Shown here piece by piece: positions 18,319-27,830 of a stretch of DNA of 64,000 nt. Within the stretch, counting starts at the first letter, position 1, and every line of letters starts with the position of its first letter. The stretch is from contig CBDBGH010000003.1 in the NCBI GenBank assembly GCA_965205265.1, forward strand, positions 2,240,001 through 2,304,000, in the 5' to 3' direction. Both the position numbers and the translations under genes were made by a program. Source of the DNA: Alphaproteobacteria bacterium (GTDB taxonomy: Bacteria; Pseudomonadota; Alphaproteobacteria; Bin95). A model generated the notes under the pieces. It made no database searches. It was given only the letters and a program-made list of their open reading frames with translations, and was not told where the DNA came from.

Positions 18319-19875
18319 TCAGGAAAGCCGCGCCGCCAGCCCCATCGGCTCGTCGCGGAAGAGAGCCGCCGGCATTTCGTGAAGATCGTCGGCAATGCGG
18401 GGCCGGAAGGCCATTCGCGCCAGCACGTCGCGTTCGAGATCGACGCCCGGCGCAATTTCGACGACCACCGGCCCGGCCTCCCCGATGCGGAAGACGCAGC
18501 GCTCCGTCACCGCCATGATCGTTTGCCCGCGCGCAAGACCGGCGCGGGCGTTGAAGCTGATCTGCTCGACCGCTTCGACAAATTTAACCGGATCGCCATC
18601 CTGCCGGATGTCGAGACGACCGTCCGCGGCGCGGATATCGGATTCTCCCGCAGAGAACTGACCGCAGAAGACGACCCGCTTCGCGCCCTGCGTCACATTG
18701 AAGAAGCCGCCTATGCCGGGAATGCGCGTACTGAGCTTCGACACATTGACATTGCCGGCGGCATCGAGCTCCGCCATGCCGACGAAGGTTATGTCCAGCC
18801 CGCCGCCGTCGTAGAAGTCGAACTGGTAGGTGTTGTCGATGACCGAACTCGGATTGACCGCCGCGCCGAAGGAAAGCCCATAGGCCGGATAGCCGCCGGT
18901 TGCGCCCGACTCCACCGTGAGCGTGAAGGCGTCGCCGCAGCCCTCTTCGCCCGCCACCGTCGCCACATATTCGGGCGCGCCCACGCCGAGATTGACCACA
19001 TCGCCCCGGCGGAGCTCCATCGCCGCGCGCCGCCCGATCACCTTCTTGACCGACAGCGGCTGCGGCGGACGCGCGCTCAGGTCCGCGCGCACCTCGCCGG
19101 AGAACACCGGGTCGTAGGCCGTTGCGAAGGTCTGCGGGTGGTTCTCCGGCCGCGCGACGACGACCCGGTCCACGAGATGGCCGGGAATCACGACCTTTCT
19201 CGGGTCGAGCGAGCCGCGCTCCGCAATGCGCTCGACCTGCGCCAGCACGGCGCCGCCGGAATTCCGCACCGCCTGCGCGAAGCTGGGCCCTTGGAAGGTT
19301 CCGATCTCGCGCTCCATGGTGATATTGCCGTCCGGGTCCGCGGTCGTGCCTCTCAGCAGGCCGGCATCGAGCCGCATGGAGGGATAGAACAACCAGTCCC
19401 GCCCGCTGAGCCGCACGCGCTCCACATAGTCCTCGACCGTGCGCGCGTTCACCTTGCTGCCGCCATGTTCGGGATCGACGAAGGTGCCGAGGCCGACATG
19501 GGTCACGAGGCCCGGCCGTCCCGCCGCAATCTCCCGGTAGAGCTGGACGATGACGCCGAGCGGCAGCAGGTAGCCTTCGATCTCGTTGTCGATCAGCCGG
19601 CGCTGGAGCATCCGGTTCAGGTTGAGATAGGAGGTCATGAGCCGGCGGATCATCCCGTCATGGCGCAGGCGGTCGAGGCCGCGCCCGCGCGTGTCTCCGG
19701 AGCCGGTGGAGGCGATGACGGTCAGCCCACCGGGCTCGCCCGTCTCCAGGAACCGCGCCTCCAGGGCCAGCAGCAGCTCTTCCGGGCAGACCGAGCCGAC
19801 GAATCCGTCCACGCCCAGCACCGCCCCCGAAGGCACCAGCGCCGCCGCCTCGGCAGCCGTGACGATCTTGCTCAT
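18319..19875 (-). CDS. Acyl-CoA:acetate/3-ketoacid CoA transferase (YdiF/Pct type)
   Basis: VGLGTFVDP, VNLGVGAP, TVESG, FDFYDGGGLD, GNVNVS. Confidence 0.92.
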   Translation of the reverse strand: MSKIVTAAEAAALVPSGAVLGVDGFVGSVCPEELLLALEARFLETGEPGGLTVIASTGSGDTRGRGLDRLRHDGMIRRLMTSYLNLNRMLQRRLIDNEIEGYLLPLGVIVQLYREIAAGRPGLVTHVGLGTFVDPEHGGSKVNARTVEDYVERVRLSGRDWLFYPSMRLDAGLLRGTTADPDGNITMEREIGTFQGPSFAQAVRNSGGAVLAQVERIAERGSLDPRKVVIPGHLVDRVVVARPENHPQTFATAYDPVFSGEVRADLSARPPQPLSVKKVIGRRAAMELRRGDVVNLGVGAPEYVATVAGEEGCGDAFTLTVESGATGGYPAYGLSFGAAVNPSSVIDNTYQFDFYDGGGLDITFVGMAELDAAGNVNVSKLSTRIPGIGGFFNVTQGAKRVVFCGQFSAGESDIRAADGRLDIRQDGDPVKFVEAVEQISFNARAGLARGQTIMAVTERCVFRIGEAGPVVVEIAPGVDLERDVLARMAFRPRIADDLHEMPAALFRDEPMGLAARLS

Positions 19876-19941
19876 GGTTGCATCTGCATCGATTCAATCT
19901 TCCAGGGAGCCGGGGCGCTACTCCGGAGCGCAGTTCCCCGC

Positions 19942-20367
19942 TCAGTCACCATCGCGGAACGGGTTGACGATTTGCAAATCGTCGATCCGCTGGCCGTGCT
20001 GGAGGTCCTCCGTAAAGAGTACGCCCGCGCCAGCACTCAACGCCGCCTCGACGATCAGCGAGTCCCAATAGGACAGCCGCATCGAACGGCTCCGGCGGAT
20101 GGCGGCGTTCACCGTCTCGGGATGGACCGGCTGGACGCGGAACCGGCTGAATGCATCGACGGCCTGCGCTGCCGTTTCCAAGCTCATCGATTCGGCAAAT
20201 TTCCGTGTCACCGTCACATAGAACTCGCCGAGTACCTGTATGCTGAAAACGATGCAGTCCCTCTCTCTGCGCAGGAGTTCCTGCGCACGCGTTCGCTTTT
20301 CCGGCGCATCCGCATCGAACAGATAGACCAGTACATTCGTATCGACGAATTTCCATTCAACGCTCAT
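19942..20367 (-). CDS. PIN-domain (VapC) toxin
   Basis: FVDTNVLVY, QVLGEF, SYWDSLI, TEDLQHG. Confidence 0.92.
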   Translation of the reverse strand: MSVEWKFVDTNVLVYLFDADAPEKRTRAQELLRRERDCIVFSIQVLGEFYVTVTRKFAESMSLETAAQAVDAFSRFRVQPVHPETVNAAIRRSRSMRLSYWDSLIVEAALSAGAGVLFTEDLQHGQRIDDLQIVNPFRDGD

Positions 20368-20584
20368 GAAGATCGCTGCGCGTCCAGACCGCGCCACCAC
20401 GCCGGGAATCGCTCGACCGCGACAAAGCCAGTAGCGAATCGCAGGCATCGGCGCGTCGGCGACCGATACCCGCATAAGCATGCAGATATTCCCGCACGAC
20501 CGCATTCACGGACGTTCTTTCCCGAATTGCCCGAATCCGGGCGTGCTCGAGAACATCGTCGTCGATGGAGATCGTCAGATTCAT
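20357..20584 (-). CDS. RHH/CopG-like antitoxin
   Basis: MNLTISIDDDVLEHARIRA...TSVNAVVREYL...WTRSDLHER; overlaps the toxin start. Confidence 0.88.
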   Translation of the reverse strand: MNLTISIDDDVLEHARIRAIRERTSVNAVVREYLHAYAGIGRRRADACDSLLALSRSSDSRRGGAVWTRSDLHER

Positions 20585-20650
20585 CTTCGAGCTCCTTTTA
20601 CACGGATTCTCAATTACACGGGATCCGTGTGCAAATCGACTGGAATAATT

Positions 20651-21448
20651 TCACTTGGCTGTATTCGGAAACCCCTGCGCGGACCCGGCGGTGAAGCCGA
20701 CCCGGCCGAGCGGGCCGAAATCCGCGAGGACCTGCGCGCCGGGCCGGATGGCGGCGACGCCGGTGCAGGTGCCCGTGTTCACGCGGTCGCCGGCCCGGAG
20801 CCCGTCGCCGCGCTCGCGCAGATGGTTGGCGAGCCATAAGAGCACCAGCGCCGGGTCGCCGAGCGCGAGCGCCCCGGTTCCCTCGGCCAGCGCTTCGCCA
20901 TCCACCGAGAGCGACACGCCGGCATCCCGCAGGTCCCGGTCCCGCCAGTCGGGCCGCAACTCGCCCTCGACGAAGGCGATATTGGCGCCGAAGTCGGCCG
21001 TCACGCCTTCCCGCCCGAGCCCGGCCAGACCGCCCTCGAAGCGCGATCCGACGACCTCTATGCCGCCGGCGACACCCATGACCGCCGCCATGACGTGTTC
21101 GCGTTCGAAGGGCGCCTCGCGCGGCGGCAGGCCCTCGCCCATCACGAAGACGAACTCGCGCTCCACGGCCGGCGCATGCGCCGCGAAGATGGGCACGTCC
21201 GCCCCGCTCTCGAAGCAGAAAGGTTCGAGCAGCGCACCGGCACCGGGCCGGTCGGTGCCGAGCTTGCGCCGTGCTTCGGCGCTGGTCGATCCGACCTTCC
21301 AGCCGGAGCGGGAACAACCCGACGCCCGCACCGCCCTTTCCTGGACCCGGTAGGCGTCGTCCAGACCGGAGAGGTCCTGCCTCGCTTCCGCCTCGACCAG
21401 GGTTCCGGCCCGCCGGGCCTCCCACAAGCGCCCTGCCAGATCGGCCAT
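20651..21448 (-). CDS. 2-keto-4-pentenoate hydratase / FAH-family protein
   Basis: AYRVQ, GWKVGST, IEVVGSRF, LGDP, WLANHL, TGTCTG. Confidence 0.85.
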   Translation of the reverse strand: MADLAGRLWEARRAGTLVEAEARQDLSGLDDAYRVQERAVRASGCSRSGWKVGSTSAEARRKLGTDRPGAGALLEPFCFESGADVPIFAAHAPAVEREFVFVMGEGLPPREAPFEREHVMAAVMGVAGGIEVVGSRFEGGLAGLGREGVTADFGANIAFVEGELRPDWRDRDLRDAGVSLSVDGEALAEGTGALALGDPALVLLWLANHLRERGDGLRAGDRVNTGTCTGVAAIRPGAQVLADFGPLGRVGFTAGSAQGFPNTAK

Positions 21449-21598
21449 CCGGTGCCTGCCTTTCTTCCGCTTCGACGAATTTGGCAGCAACCCTATCCCG
21501 CCCGACTGCCGTGCGAAAGGATGTCCCCGTTCCGCCCGGGGTCTTTCCCCGCGCCTGAATCTCTTTAGGCTTCCCCGGCACGACGAAGGGGGACGGCG

Positions 21599-22447
21599 AT
21601 GAAGCTCGGCATTTTCAGCTACAACACGGAATACGGGACCCGGCCCGACGAGCTGGCGAAGGCCGCCGAGGAGCGGGGCTTCGAATCCCTCTGGGTCGGC
21701 GAGCACACCCACATTCCGGCGAGCCGCGAGACGCCCTATCCGGGCGGCGATCCCCTGCCGAAACCCTACTACCACATGGCCGACCCGTTCGTGTCGCTGA
21801 TGGCGGCGGCAGGCGCGACCTCCACCATCAAGGTCGGCACGGCCGTCTGCCTCGTCATCGAGCGCGACCCCATCGTGCTGGCGAAGGAGGCGGCGACGCT
21901 CGACTACCTCTCGGGCGGGCGCCTGCTGCTCGGCATAGGCGGCGGCTGGAACCGGGAGGAGATGGCCAATCACGGCACCGACTTCGCGCGCCGCTGGCAG
22001 GTGCTGCGGGAGCGCGTCGAGGCGATGAAGGCGATCTGGACGGAAGAGGAGGCGAGCTATGAAGGCGAGTTCGTCCGCTTCGAGCGCATCGTCTCCTATC
22101 CGAAGCCCGTCCAGCAGCCGCATCCGCCGGTCATCTATGGCGGCGCCACACCGCTCGGGCTGAAGCGCACCGTGCGCTATTGCGACGGCTGGATGCCGAT
22201 CGACGTGCTGCTGGCCGACTTCCCCGCCGCCGTCGCCGAGCTCGACCGGCAGGCCGAGGAAGCCGGGCGCGACCCGGCGTCCATCTCCGTCTCGGTTTTC
22301 GCCTTCAACGGCGCCAATGAGGAGGCGCTCAGGCGGCTCGCGGAGAACCCGCGCATCGAACGCGCCGTGCTGGTGGCGCCCCGCTACACGGAGAAGGCGC
22401 TGCCGTTCCTCGACGCGTTCGGCGCGCTCATCCCCGCATTGGCCTGA
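21599..22447 (+). CDS. LLM-class (putative F420-dependent) oxidoreductase
   Basis: GFESLWVGEHTHIP, LAKEAATLDYLSGGR, GGGWNREE, PKPVQQPHPP. Confidence 0.88.
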   Translation: MKLGIFSYNTEYGTRPDELAKAAEERGFESLWVGEHTHIPASRETPYPGGDPLPKPYYHMADPFVSLMAAAGATSTIKVGTAVCLVIERDPIVLAKEAATLDYLSGGRLLLGIGGGWNREEMANHGTDFARRWQVLRERVEAMKAIWTEEEASYEGEFVRFERIVSYPKPVQQPHPPVIYGGATPLGLKRTVRYCDGWMPIDVLLADFPAAVAELDRQAEEAGRDPASISVSVFAFNGANEEALRRLAENPRIERAVLVAPRYTEKALPFLDAFGALIPALA

Positions 22448-24071
22448 GGCCGGCCGCGAGCTCGCGCAGGCGGTATTTCTGGATCTTCCCGGACGCCGTG
22501 CGCGGCATGGCGTCGATCAATTCCAAGCGTTCCGGCAGGTAAGGCTTCGCCAGCCGGCGCTCCAGCAGGAAGCCGCACATCGCCTCGAAGGTCAGCGCGT
22601 CCGCCTCCGGGTGGAGCGTGACGAAGGCGCAGGCGCGCTCGCCCAGGCGCTCGTCCGGCATGGCGACGATGGCGCAGTCCGCCACGCCCGGATGGCGGTA
22701 AAGCAGCTCCTCCACCTCGACCACGGGAATGTTCTCGCCGCCACGGATGATGATGTCCTTCGACCGTCCGGAGATCCGGATATAGCCGTCGGCGTCCATC
22801 CGGGCGTTGTCCCCGGTCTCGAACCAGCCGTCCTCGTCGGTGTCATAGCGCTCCGGGCGCTTCAGGTAGCCGACGAACTGGCCCGCGCCGCGCACCTGCA
22901 GGCGCCCTTCCTCCTCGTCCGGAACCGGCAATCCGTCCTCCCCGACCACGCGCACTTCCAGGCAGGAAACCGCGCATCCGTCCGTGCCGAACACGCGCTC
23001 CGGCGGGTCCGATTTCCGCGTGCCCGAGCCGAAGCCGTTCTCGGTCATGCCCCAGCCGGAATGGACGAAGCAGCCGAGGCGCTCGCTCGCCCGCTCCACC
23101 AGCACGCGCGGGATCGGCGCGCCGGCGGAGACGAAGGTTTCCAGCGTCGAGATGTCGTAGCGGTCCAGCACCGGGCTGTTCGTGAGATCGGCCAGGAAGG
23201 GCGTCGCCCCCATGGTGAAGGTCACCGCCTCGTCCCGGATCAGCCTCAGTGCCGCCTCCGGGTCCCAGATGTCGAGATAGCAGGTCTTGGCGCCGAGCAC
23301 GGGCGAGAGAATAAGGCCGTACATGAAGCCCGTCTGGTGGGCGAGCGGCGAGCCCATCAGGATCGCCGTGTCCTCGCCGAGCCCGATGCGCTCCACATAG
23401 CTCATCACCATGGCGAGCAGCGTGTTGGAGGTGTGCATCACGCCTTTGGGCTCGCCGGTCGTGCCGGAGGTGTAGAGAAGCTGGATCACCTCGTCCGGCT
23501 CCGGCCTGCCGGCCGCGAACACCGCTCCGGCGTCCACGTCCCGCTCCAGCCCGGGGTCCAGCAGCGCCGCCTCGAAATTGTCGCCGATGACGAACAGGTG
23601 CTCCAGCTTCGGCAGGGACGGGCAGAGCTCCCGCGCCATCGCCGCATGGTCGTGCCCCCGGAAGACGCCCGGCGTCACCAGCGCCTTCGCGTCCGCGAAA
23701 TCGAGCATGAAGGAGAGCTCGCGCTCGCGGAAGATCGGCATCAGCGGATTGGAGCAGACGCCGAGGCGCAGGCAGGCGATATGCAGGCAGTAGAACTGCC
23801 ACCAGTTGGGAAGCTGGAAGGCGAGCACATCCCCGCGCCCGAGCCCGTGCGCATGGAGGCCGAGCGCCATCCTGTCGGACAGCCGCCTGAGCTGGCGCCA
23901 GGAGAGGGTCGTCTCGCCGCCGTCCCCCACCCGCCGGGCGACCACCGCGACGGCGTCCGGCTTGCGCGCGACCGCCTCGTCGAAATAGTCGAGCAGGGTG
24001 CGGTCGCGCCAGTGGCCTTCCGCGCGGTGCGTCTCGCCCCTCCAGACGGGCAGGATCGGATCGAAGATCAT
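22428..24071 (-). CDS. Acyl-CoA synthetase, cyclohexanecarboxylate-CoA ligase (AliA)-like
   Basis: YTSGTTGEPKG, HQTGFMYG, WGMTE, TGD, GRSKDIIIRGGENIP, SGKIQK. Confidence 0.9.
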   Translation of the reverse strand: MIFDPILPVWRGETHRAEGHWRDRTLLDYFDEAVARKPDAVAVVARRVGDGGETTLSWRQLRRLSDRMALGLHAHGLGRGDVLAFQLPNWWQFYCLHIACLRLGVCSNPLMPIFRERELSFMLDFADAKALVTPGVFRGHDHAAMARELCPSLPKLEHLFVIGDNFEAALLDPGLERDVDAGAVFAAGRPEPDEVIQLLYTSGTTGEPKGVMHTSNTLLAMVMSYVERIGLGEDTAILMGSPLAHQTGFMYGLILSPVLGAKTCYLDIWDPEAALRLIRDEAVTFTMGATPFLADLTNSPVLDRYDISTLETFVSAGAPIPRVLVERASERLGCFVHSGWGMTENGFGSGTRKSDPPERVFGTDGCAVSCLEVRVVGEDGLPVPDEEEGRLQVRGAGQFVGYLKRPERYDTDEDGWFETGDNARMDADGYIRISGRSKDIIIRGGENIPVVEVEELLYRHPGVADCAIVAMPDERLGERACAFVTLHPEADALTFEAMCGFLLERRLAKPYLPERLELIDAMPRTASGKIQKYRLRELAAGLRPMRG

Positions 24072-24184
24072 CGGCGCTCCCCGATAGCCGTGAATGGCAT
24101 CCTTCGCATCGTCGAATCCTTCCCCGAATGCCGGGCCGCTCGCTTGACCCGCCGGCGCGGAGCGGCTAGAAGCCGCCCCTTGTC

Positions 24185-24260
<76 letters not shown>

Positions 24261-24288
24261 TTCCCTTCCCCGCTGTCGACCCGCCCTG

Positions 24289-24600
24289 TCAGGCGTCCGT
24301 CAGCACGTGGATCGTCCGGCTGGCGAGCAGGTCCTTCACCTTCGCCGCATAGGCGGCCATATGGGCGGACGCGCCATGCGCGCGGAGCGCCTCCAGGCTC
24401 GCCCATTTCTCCACCACGACGAAGGTGTCCTCGCCGTATTTCGTCTGGATCGCGCCCGCTTCGGCGTCCACGGCCGCGCCGTATTCGATGCAGCCGTCCT
24501 CCGCATGCACCGCCGGCACATTGGCGTTGAAGGCTTCCAGCACCTCGGCGCGGCAGCCGGGCTTGGCCTGGATGACGGCGATGACATGGACCCTGGACAT
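24289..24600 (-). CDS. ABM-domain putative quinol monooxygenase
   Basis: HVIAVIQAKPG, EDGCIEY, FVVVEKW, HGASAHM. Confidence 0.85.
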   Translation of the reverse strand: MSRVHVIAVIQAKPGCRAEVLEAFNANVPAVHAEDGCIEYGAAVDAEAGAIQTKYGEDTFVVVEKWASLEALRAHGASAHMAAYAAKVKDLLASRTIHVLTDA

Positions 24601-24715
24601 TCGTCTTCTCCTCTCTCCGCCGCCCTCGCGGCAACGGTCGTCGGGGCGTTATTGACCGCTTTCGGCCGCCGGGGTCAAGATTGGGACAGTTCCCGGTTCC
24701 CGGAGGCCATGTCCG

Positions 24716-26860
24716 ATGCCCGAAGCGCGCGCCCTCTGCTCTTCCTGCGACATCTACTGCCAGGTCACGGTCGAGACCGCAGGCGGAGAGGTCGCCCGGG
24801 TCAAGGCGATCGACCCGAGGCCGGGCCGGGCCAATATCTGCATGAAGGGCGTGCATGCGCCCGCCGGCTTCGCCCATCCCGACCGGGTGCTGCATCCGCT
24901 CCGCCGCAAGGGGCCGCGCGGGTCCGGGGAATGGGAACGGGTCGGCTGGGACGAGGCGCTGGACGACATCGCCGAACGCCTTCACCGGGTCGTGGACCGC
25001 TACGGGCCGGAAGGGTTCGCGGTCTCGACGAGCTCCTGGAACACGCAGACCGACCAGGGCATGTGCCGGCGCTTCATGAACCTTGTCGGCTCGCCGAACT
25101 GGATTTCCGGCGTGGCGCTCTGCGCCGGCAATACGGCCGCCGTCAACCGGCTGGTCTATGGCTGGTTCCCCTATCCGGATTTCACGAAAACGAACTGCAT
25201 CGTGCTCTTCGGGCACAACCCGAAGCCGCATTCCTGGACGCCGGAATACAACGCCATCCGCCGCGCGCAGGAACGCGGGGCCAGGCTGATCGTGCTGGAC
25301 CCGCGCCGGTCGGAAAACGCCGGGCTTGCCGACATCTGGCTGCCGCTCAAGGTCGGCACCGACGCCGCCATGTGTTTCGGCTGGCTCAAGGTCATCATGG
25401 ACGAGGGCCTCTGGGACCGGGATTTCGTCAGGCGCTGGACGGCGGGGTTCGACGAGCTCCGGGCGCGCGTGGACGAGTTTCCGCTGGACCGGGTCGCGGA
25501 GATCACCGGCGTCGCGCCGGACCGGATCGCCGAGGCCGCGCGGCTCTATGCACAGTCAGGCCCGGCGGTCATCCCCTGGTCGCCGATCACCGACCAGCAG
25601 CGCAACTCGACCTCCGCCATCCGCCTGCAGGCGATCCTGCGCGCGATCTGCGGCAATCTCGACGTGCCGGGCGGCGAGGTGCTGCACGGCTTCCACCCGC
25701 GCATCGTGCCGGAGACGGACCTGGAGTTTCACGACGCGCTGCCCGAGGCGCAGAAGGCGAAGCAGCTCGGGTCCGATACGCACCCCGTTTTCACCTATCG
25801 CGGCGCGGCGCCGCTCGAAGAGCCGACCTTGCGCGTCTGGGGCCGGCGCTACGCCAACATCGTGTCGGGCTGCTACATGGCCACGCCCTCGGCCGTGTTC
25901 CGCGCCATGGCGGACGGCGAGCCCTATCCGGTCAAGGCCTTCTTCGCGCTCGGCAACAACACGCTGCTGAGCTTCGCCAACATGCAGCTGATTCACAGGG
26001 CGCTGCTGAACCAGGACCTGCTCGTCGCCTTCGAGCACATGAAGACGCCGACGGCCGCGCTCTCGGACTACATCCTGCCGGGCGATGCCTGGACGGAGCG
26101 CAAGGCGCTGGCGGACGGCTTCGGCTGGACCGCCATCTGCCGCACGTCGCAGCAGGCCGTCGAGCCGCCCGGCGAAGCGCGCAGCGTTTACGATTTCTGG
26201 CGCGGCCTCGCAGTCCGGTTCGGCCTCGGCAATCATTTCCCGTGGGAGACGGCCGACGCCCTGCTGGACCACCGCGTCGCGGGCCTCGGCATGGATTTCG
26301 ACAGCTTCGCCCGGGAGCACGCCGCGCATACGGACGGCCTGCGGTTCCGGAAATACGAACGGACGGGTTTCGCGACGCCTTCCGGCAAGGTCGAGCTTTC
26401 CTCCTCTGTGCTCGCCGGGTTCGGCTTCGACCCCCTGCCCTACTGGCGCGAGGAGCCGGCGGGACCGGAGGACATGCCGCTTCGCCTCTTCACGGGGCTA
26501 CGCGAGGACGCCTATTTCCAGACCGGCCACCGCCATATCGCGGCGCTCAGGGCGCGCGCGCCCGAGCCGCTGCTGTTCCTGCATCCCGAGGATGCGATGG
26601 AGGCCGGCATCGCCGACGGCGAGCCCGCGGTCGCCCGGACGGCTCAGGGGCAGGTCCGCATGAAGGCGGCGGTTCGCGACGACATGCAGAAGGGCCTGGT
26701 GCGGATACCGCATGGCTGGTGGCTGCCGGAAGTCGGGCTGGAGAGCGCCTGGGAGATGGCCGACGCCCAGCTCTGCCCCGACGACGAGGACTTCCTCGAC
26801 CGCGAACAGGGCATCCCCCACTTCAAGGGCATCCCCTGCCGGGTCGCGCCGGCGGCTTAG
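24716..26860 (+). CDS. Mo/W-bisPGD enzyme, acetylene hydratase-like
   Basis: CSSCDIYC...CMK [4Fe-4S] motif with Asp, RRFMNLVGSPNW, LCAGNT, GTDAA, PYPVKAFFAL; no Tat signal. Confidence 0.85.
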   Translation: MPEARALCSSCDIYCQVTVETAGGEVARVKAIDPRPGRANICMKGVHAPAGFAHPDRVLHPLRRKGPRGSGEWERVGWDEALDDIAERLHRVVDRYGPEGFAVSTSSWNTQTDQGMCRRFMNLVGSPNWISGVALCAGNTAAVNRLVYGWFPYPDFTKTNCIVLFGHNPKPHSWTPEYNAIRRAQERGARLIVLDPRRSENAGLADIWLPLKVGTDAAMCFGWLKVIMDEGLWDRDFVRRWTAGFDELRARVDEFPLDRVAEITGVAPDRIAEAARLYAQSGPAVIPWSPITDQQRNSTSAIRLQAILRAICGNLDVPGGEVLHGFHPRIVPETDLEFHDALPEAQKAKQLGSDTHPVFTYRGAAPLEEPTLRVWGRRYANIVSGCYMATPSAVFRAMADGEPYPVKAFFALGNNTLLSFANMQLIHRALLNQDLLVAFEHMKTPTAALSDYILPGDAWTERKALADGFGWTAICRTSQQAVEPPGEARSVYDFWRGLAVRFGLGNHFPWETADALLDHRVAGLGMDFDSFAREHAAHTDGLRFRKYERTGFATPSGKVELSSSVLAGFGFDPLPYWREEPAGPEDMPLRLFTGLREDAYFQTGHRHIAALRARAPEPLLFLHPEDAMEAGIADGEPAVARTAQGQVRMKAAVRDDMQKGLVRIPHGWWLPEVGLESAWEMADAQLCPDDEDFLDREQGIPHFKGIPCRVAPAA

Positions 26861-26961
26861 GGCGCGGTCCGCTTCGGGCCAACCGACGGTCGTTCGGCGG
26901 GCGGCCGCCCGTCGCCCGTTTCGGGCCGAGGCGGCGCGGCAGAGCGGCAGGGTCCCCTGCG

Positions 26962-27043
26962 ATGTGTCATGCGATGTCATGTTCTGTCATGCAGCGCGCT
27001 GCACCTTCCCCGCAATGTGTCATGCGATGTCATGATCTGCATG
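26962..27043. repeat. Two blocks of TGTCATG repeats with a 10-bp period
   Basis: TGTCATG at 26965, 26975, 26985, 27018 and 27028; exact 20-mer at 26962-26981 and 27015-27034. Confidence 0.85.
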
Positions 27044-27208
27044 CGCAGGTCTTATGTCCTGTCGCCGTTTCGAGCATGAGGTTCATCCTTCCCTGCCCCC
27101 CTTCCGTCGCCTGCGAAGGAGAGCCTGCCCCGGACCACGATCCGGGGGTCGGGGCGGGAGGCTGTCTTTCGTCCTGCCAGGGCCTTGCCAAGCCGCACAG
27201 CCGCCGGG

Positions 27209-27243
27209 CCCTCTCCCGGCCTCTCCCGCGAGCGGGAGAGGGG
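27209..27243. repeat. REP-like palindrome (CCCTCTCCC...GGGAGAGGG type)
   Basis: CCTCTCCCGCGAGCGGGAGAGG hairpin; related to 36248-36380. Confidence 0.7.
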
Positions 27244-27573
27244 ATTTGCGGCGGCAAACCCTTCCTTCCGAAGCTCCGTCCCCCTGCATCCTGAATATCG
27301 TTCCGTCATCCCGTTTCGTTCCATTCTGTTCCGTCCGCCCCGCCGCCGGCCGGGCCGTGCAGCGGGACCCTAATTCGCGCGTATCCTGCGCGGGCGCCCG
27401 CGCCCGTGGGCGCACGTTTCGCGGCGGCGCGGTTCGCGCGCCCGATTGCCCGCGTGCGCATGCGCGCACGGGCCGAACGCAGGGTGCACCTCGCCCGTCT
27501 GTTTCTAGGGCATTTTTTCGCGCCGGCGCCGACGCGGGAGACGGCGCAACCTCCAGATCACTCCGCCCGACCC

Positions 27574-27601
27574 AATATAGCTTATGATTCCTATATATCA
27601 A
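27574..27601 (-). promoter_or_regulatory. Sigma70-type promoter facing an ORF-less region
   Basis: Minus strand TTGATA-N16-TATATT (GCTATATT); AT-rich upstream DNA with palindrome AGAAATATTTCT at 27611-27622. Confidence 0.55.
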
Positions 27602-27723
27602 TTTATACTAAGAAATATTTCTAATTTCTTACGAACAAATATTTCTTTCGATCCTGTCACTGTGCGGACAGTCCGTTAAGCCGGGTCGAATCCCGCCCCG
27701 AGTACAGAACCCCCTTTTGATAG

Positions 27724-27830
27724 AGTTACATTCCCATCCGAGCCCGAAATCGCCGCCCCGGCCCGCGAGCCGGGTCCATCCACAACTGTTTCGGTCCGGT
27801 GGAAAGGCCGGGAGATGGACCCCGGATCGT
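27724..27830 (+). repeat. 107-bp target-site duplication of IS copy 3 (partner at 29747-29853)
   Basis: AGTTACATTCCC...CCCGGATCGT is identical on both sides; 109 bp counting the shared G and C. Confidence 0.95.

Noticed and set aside
26962-27043. TGTCAT repeats as a Pho box or CRISPR array
   Set aside because: Period is 10 bp rather than 11, they are not upstream of a gene, and there are no unique spacers or cas genes. No CRISPR array was seen anywhere in the window.
24307-27294. 995-aa ORF
   Set aside because: Frame-shifted shadow of the molybdopterin enzyme gene; low-complexity translation.
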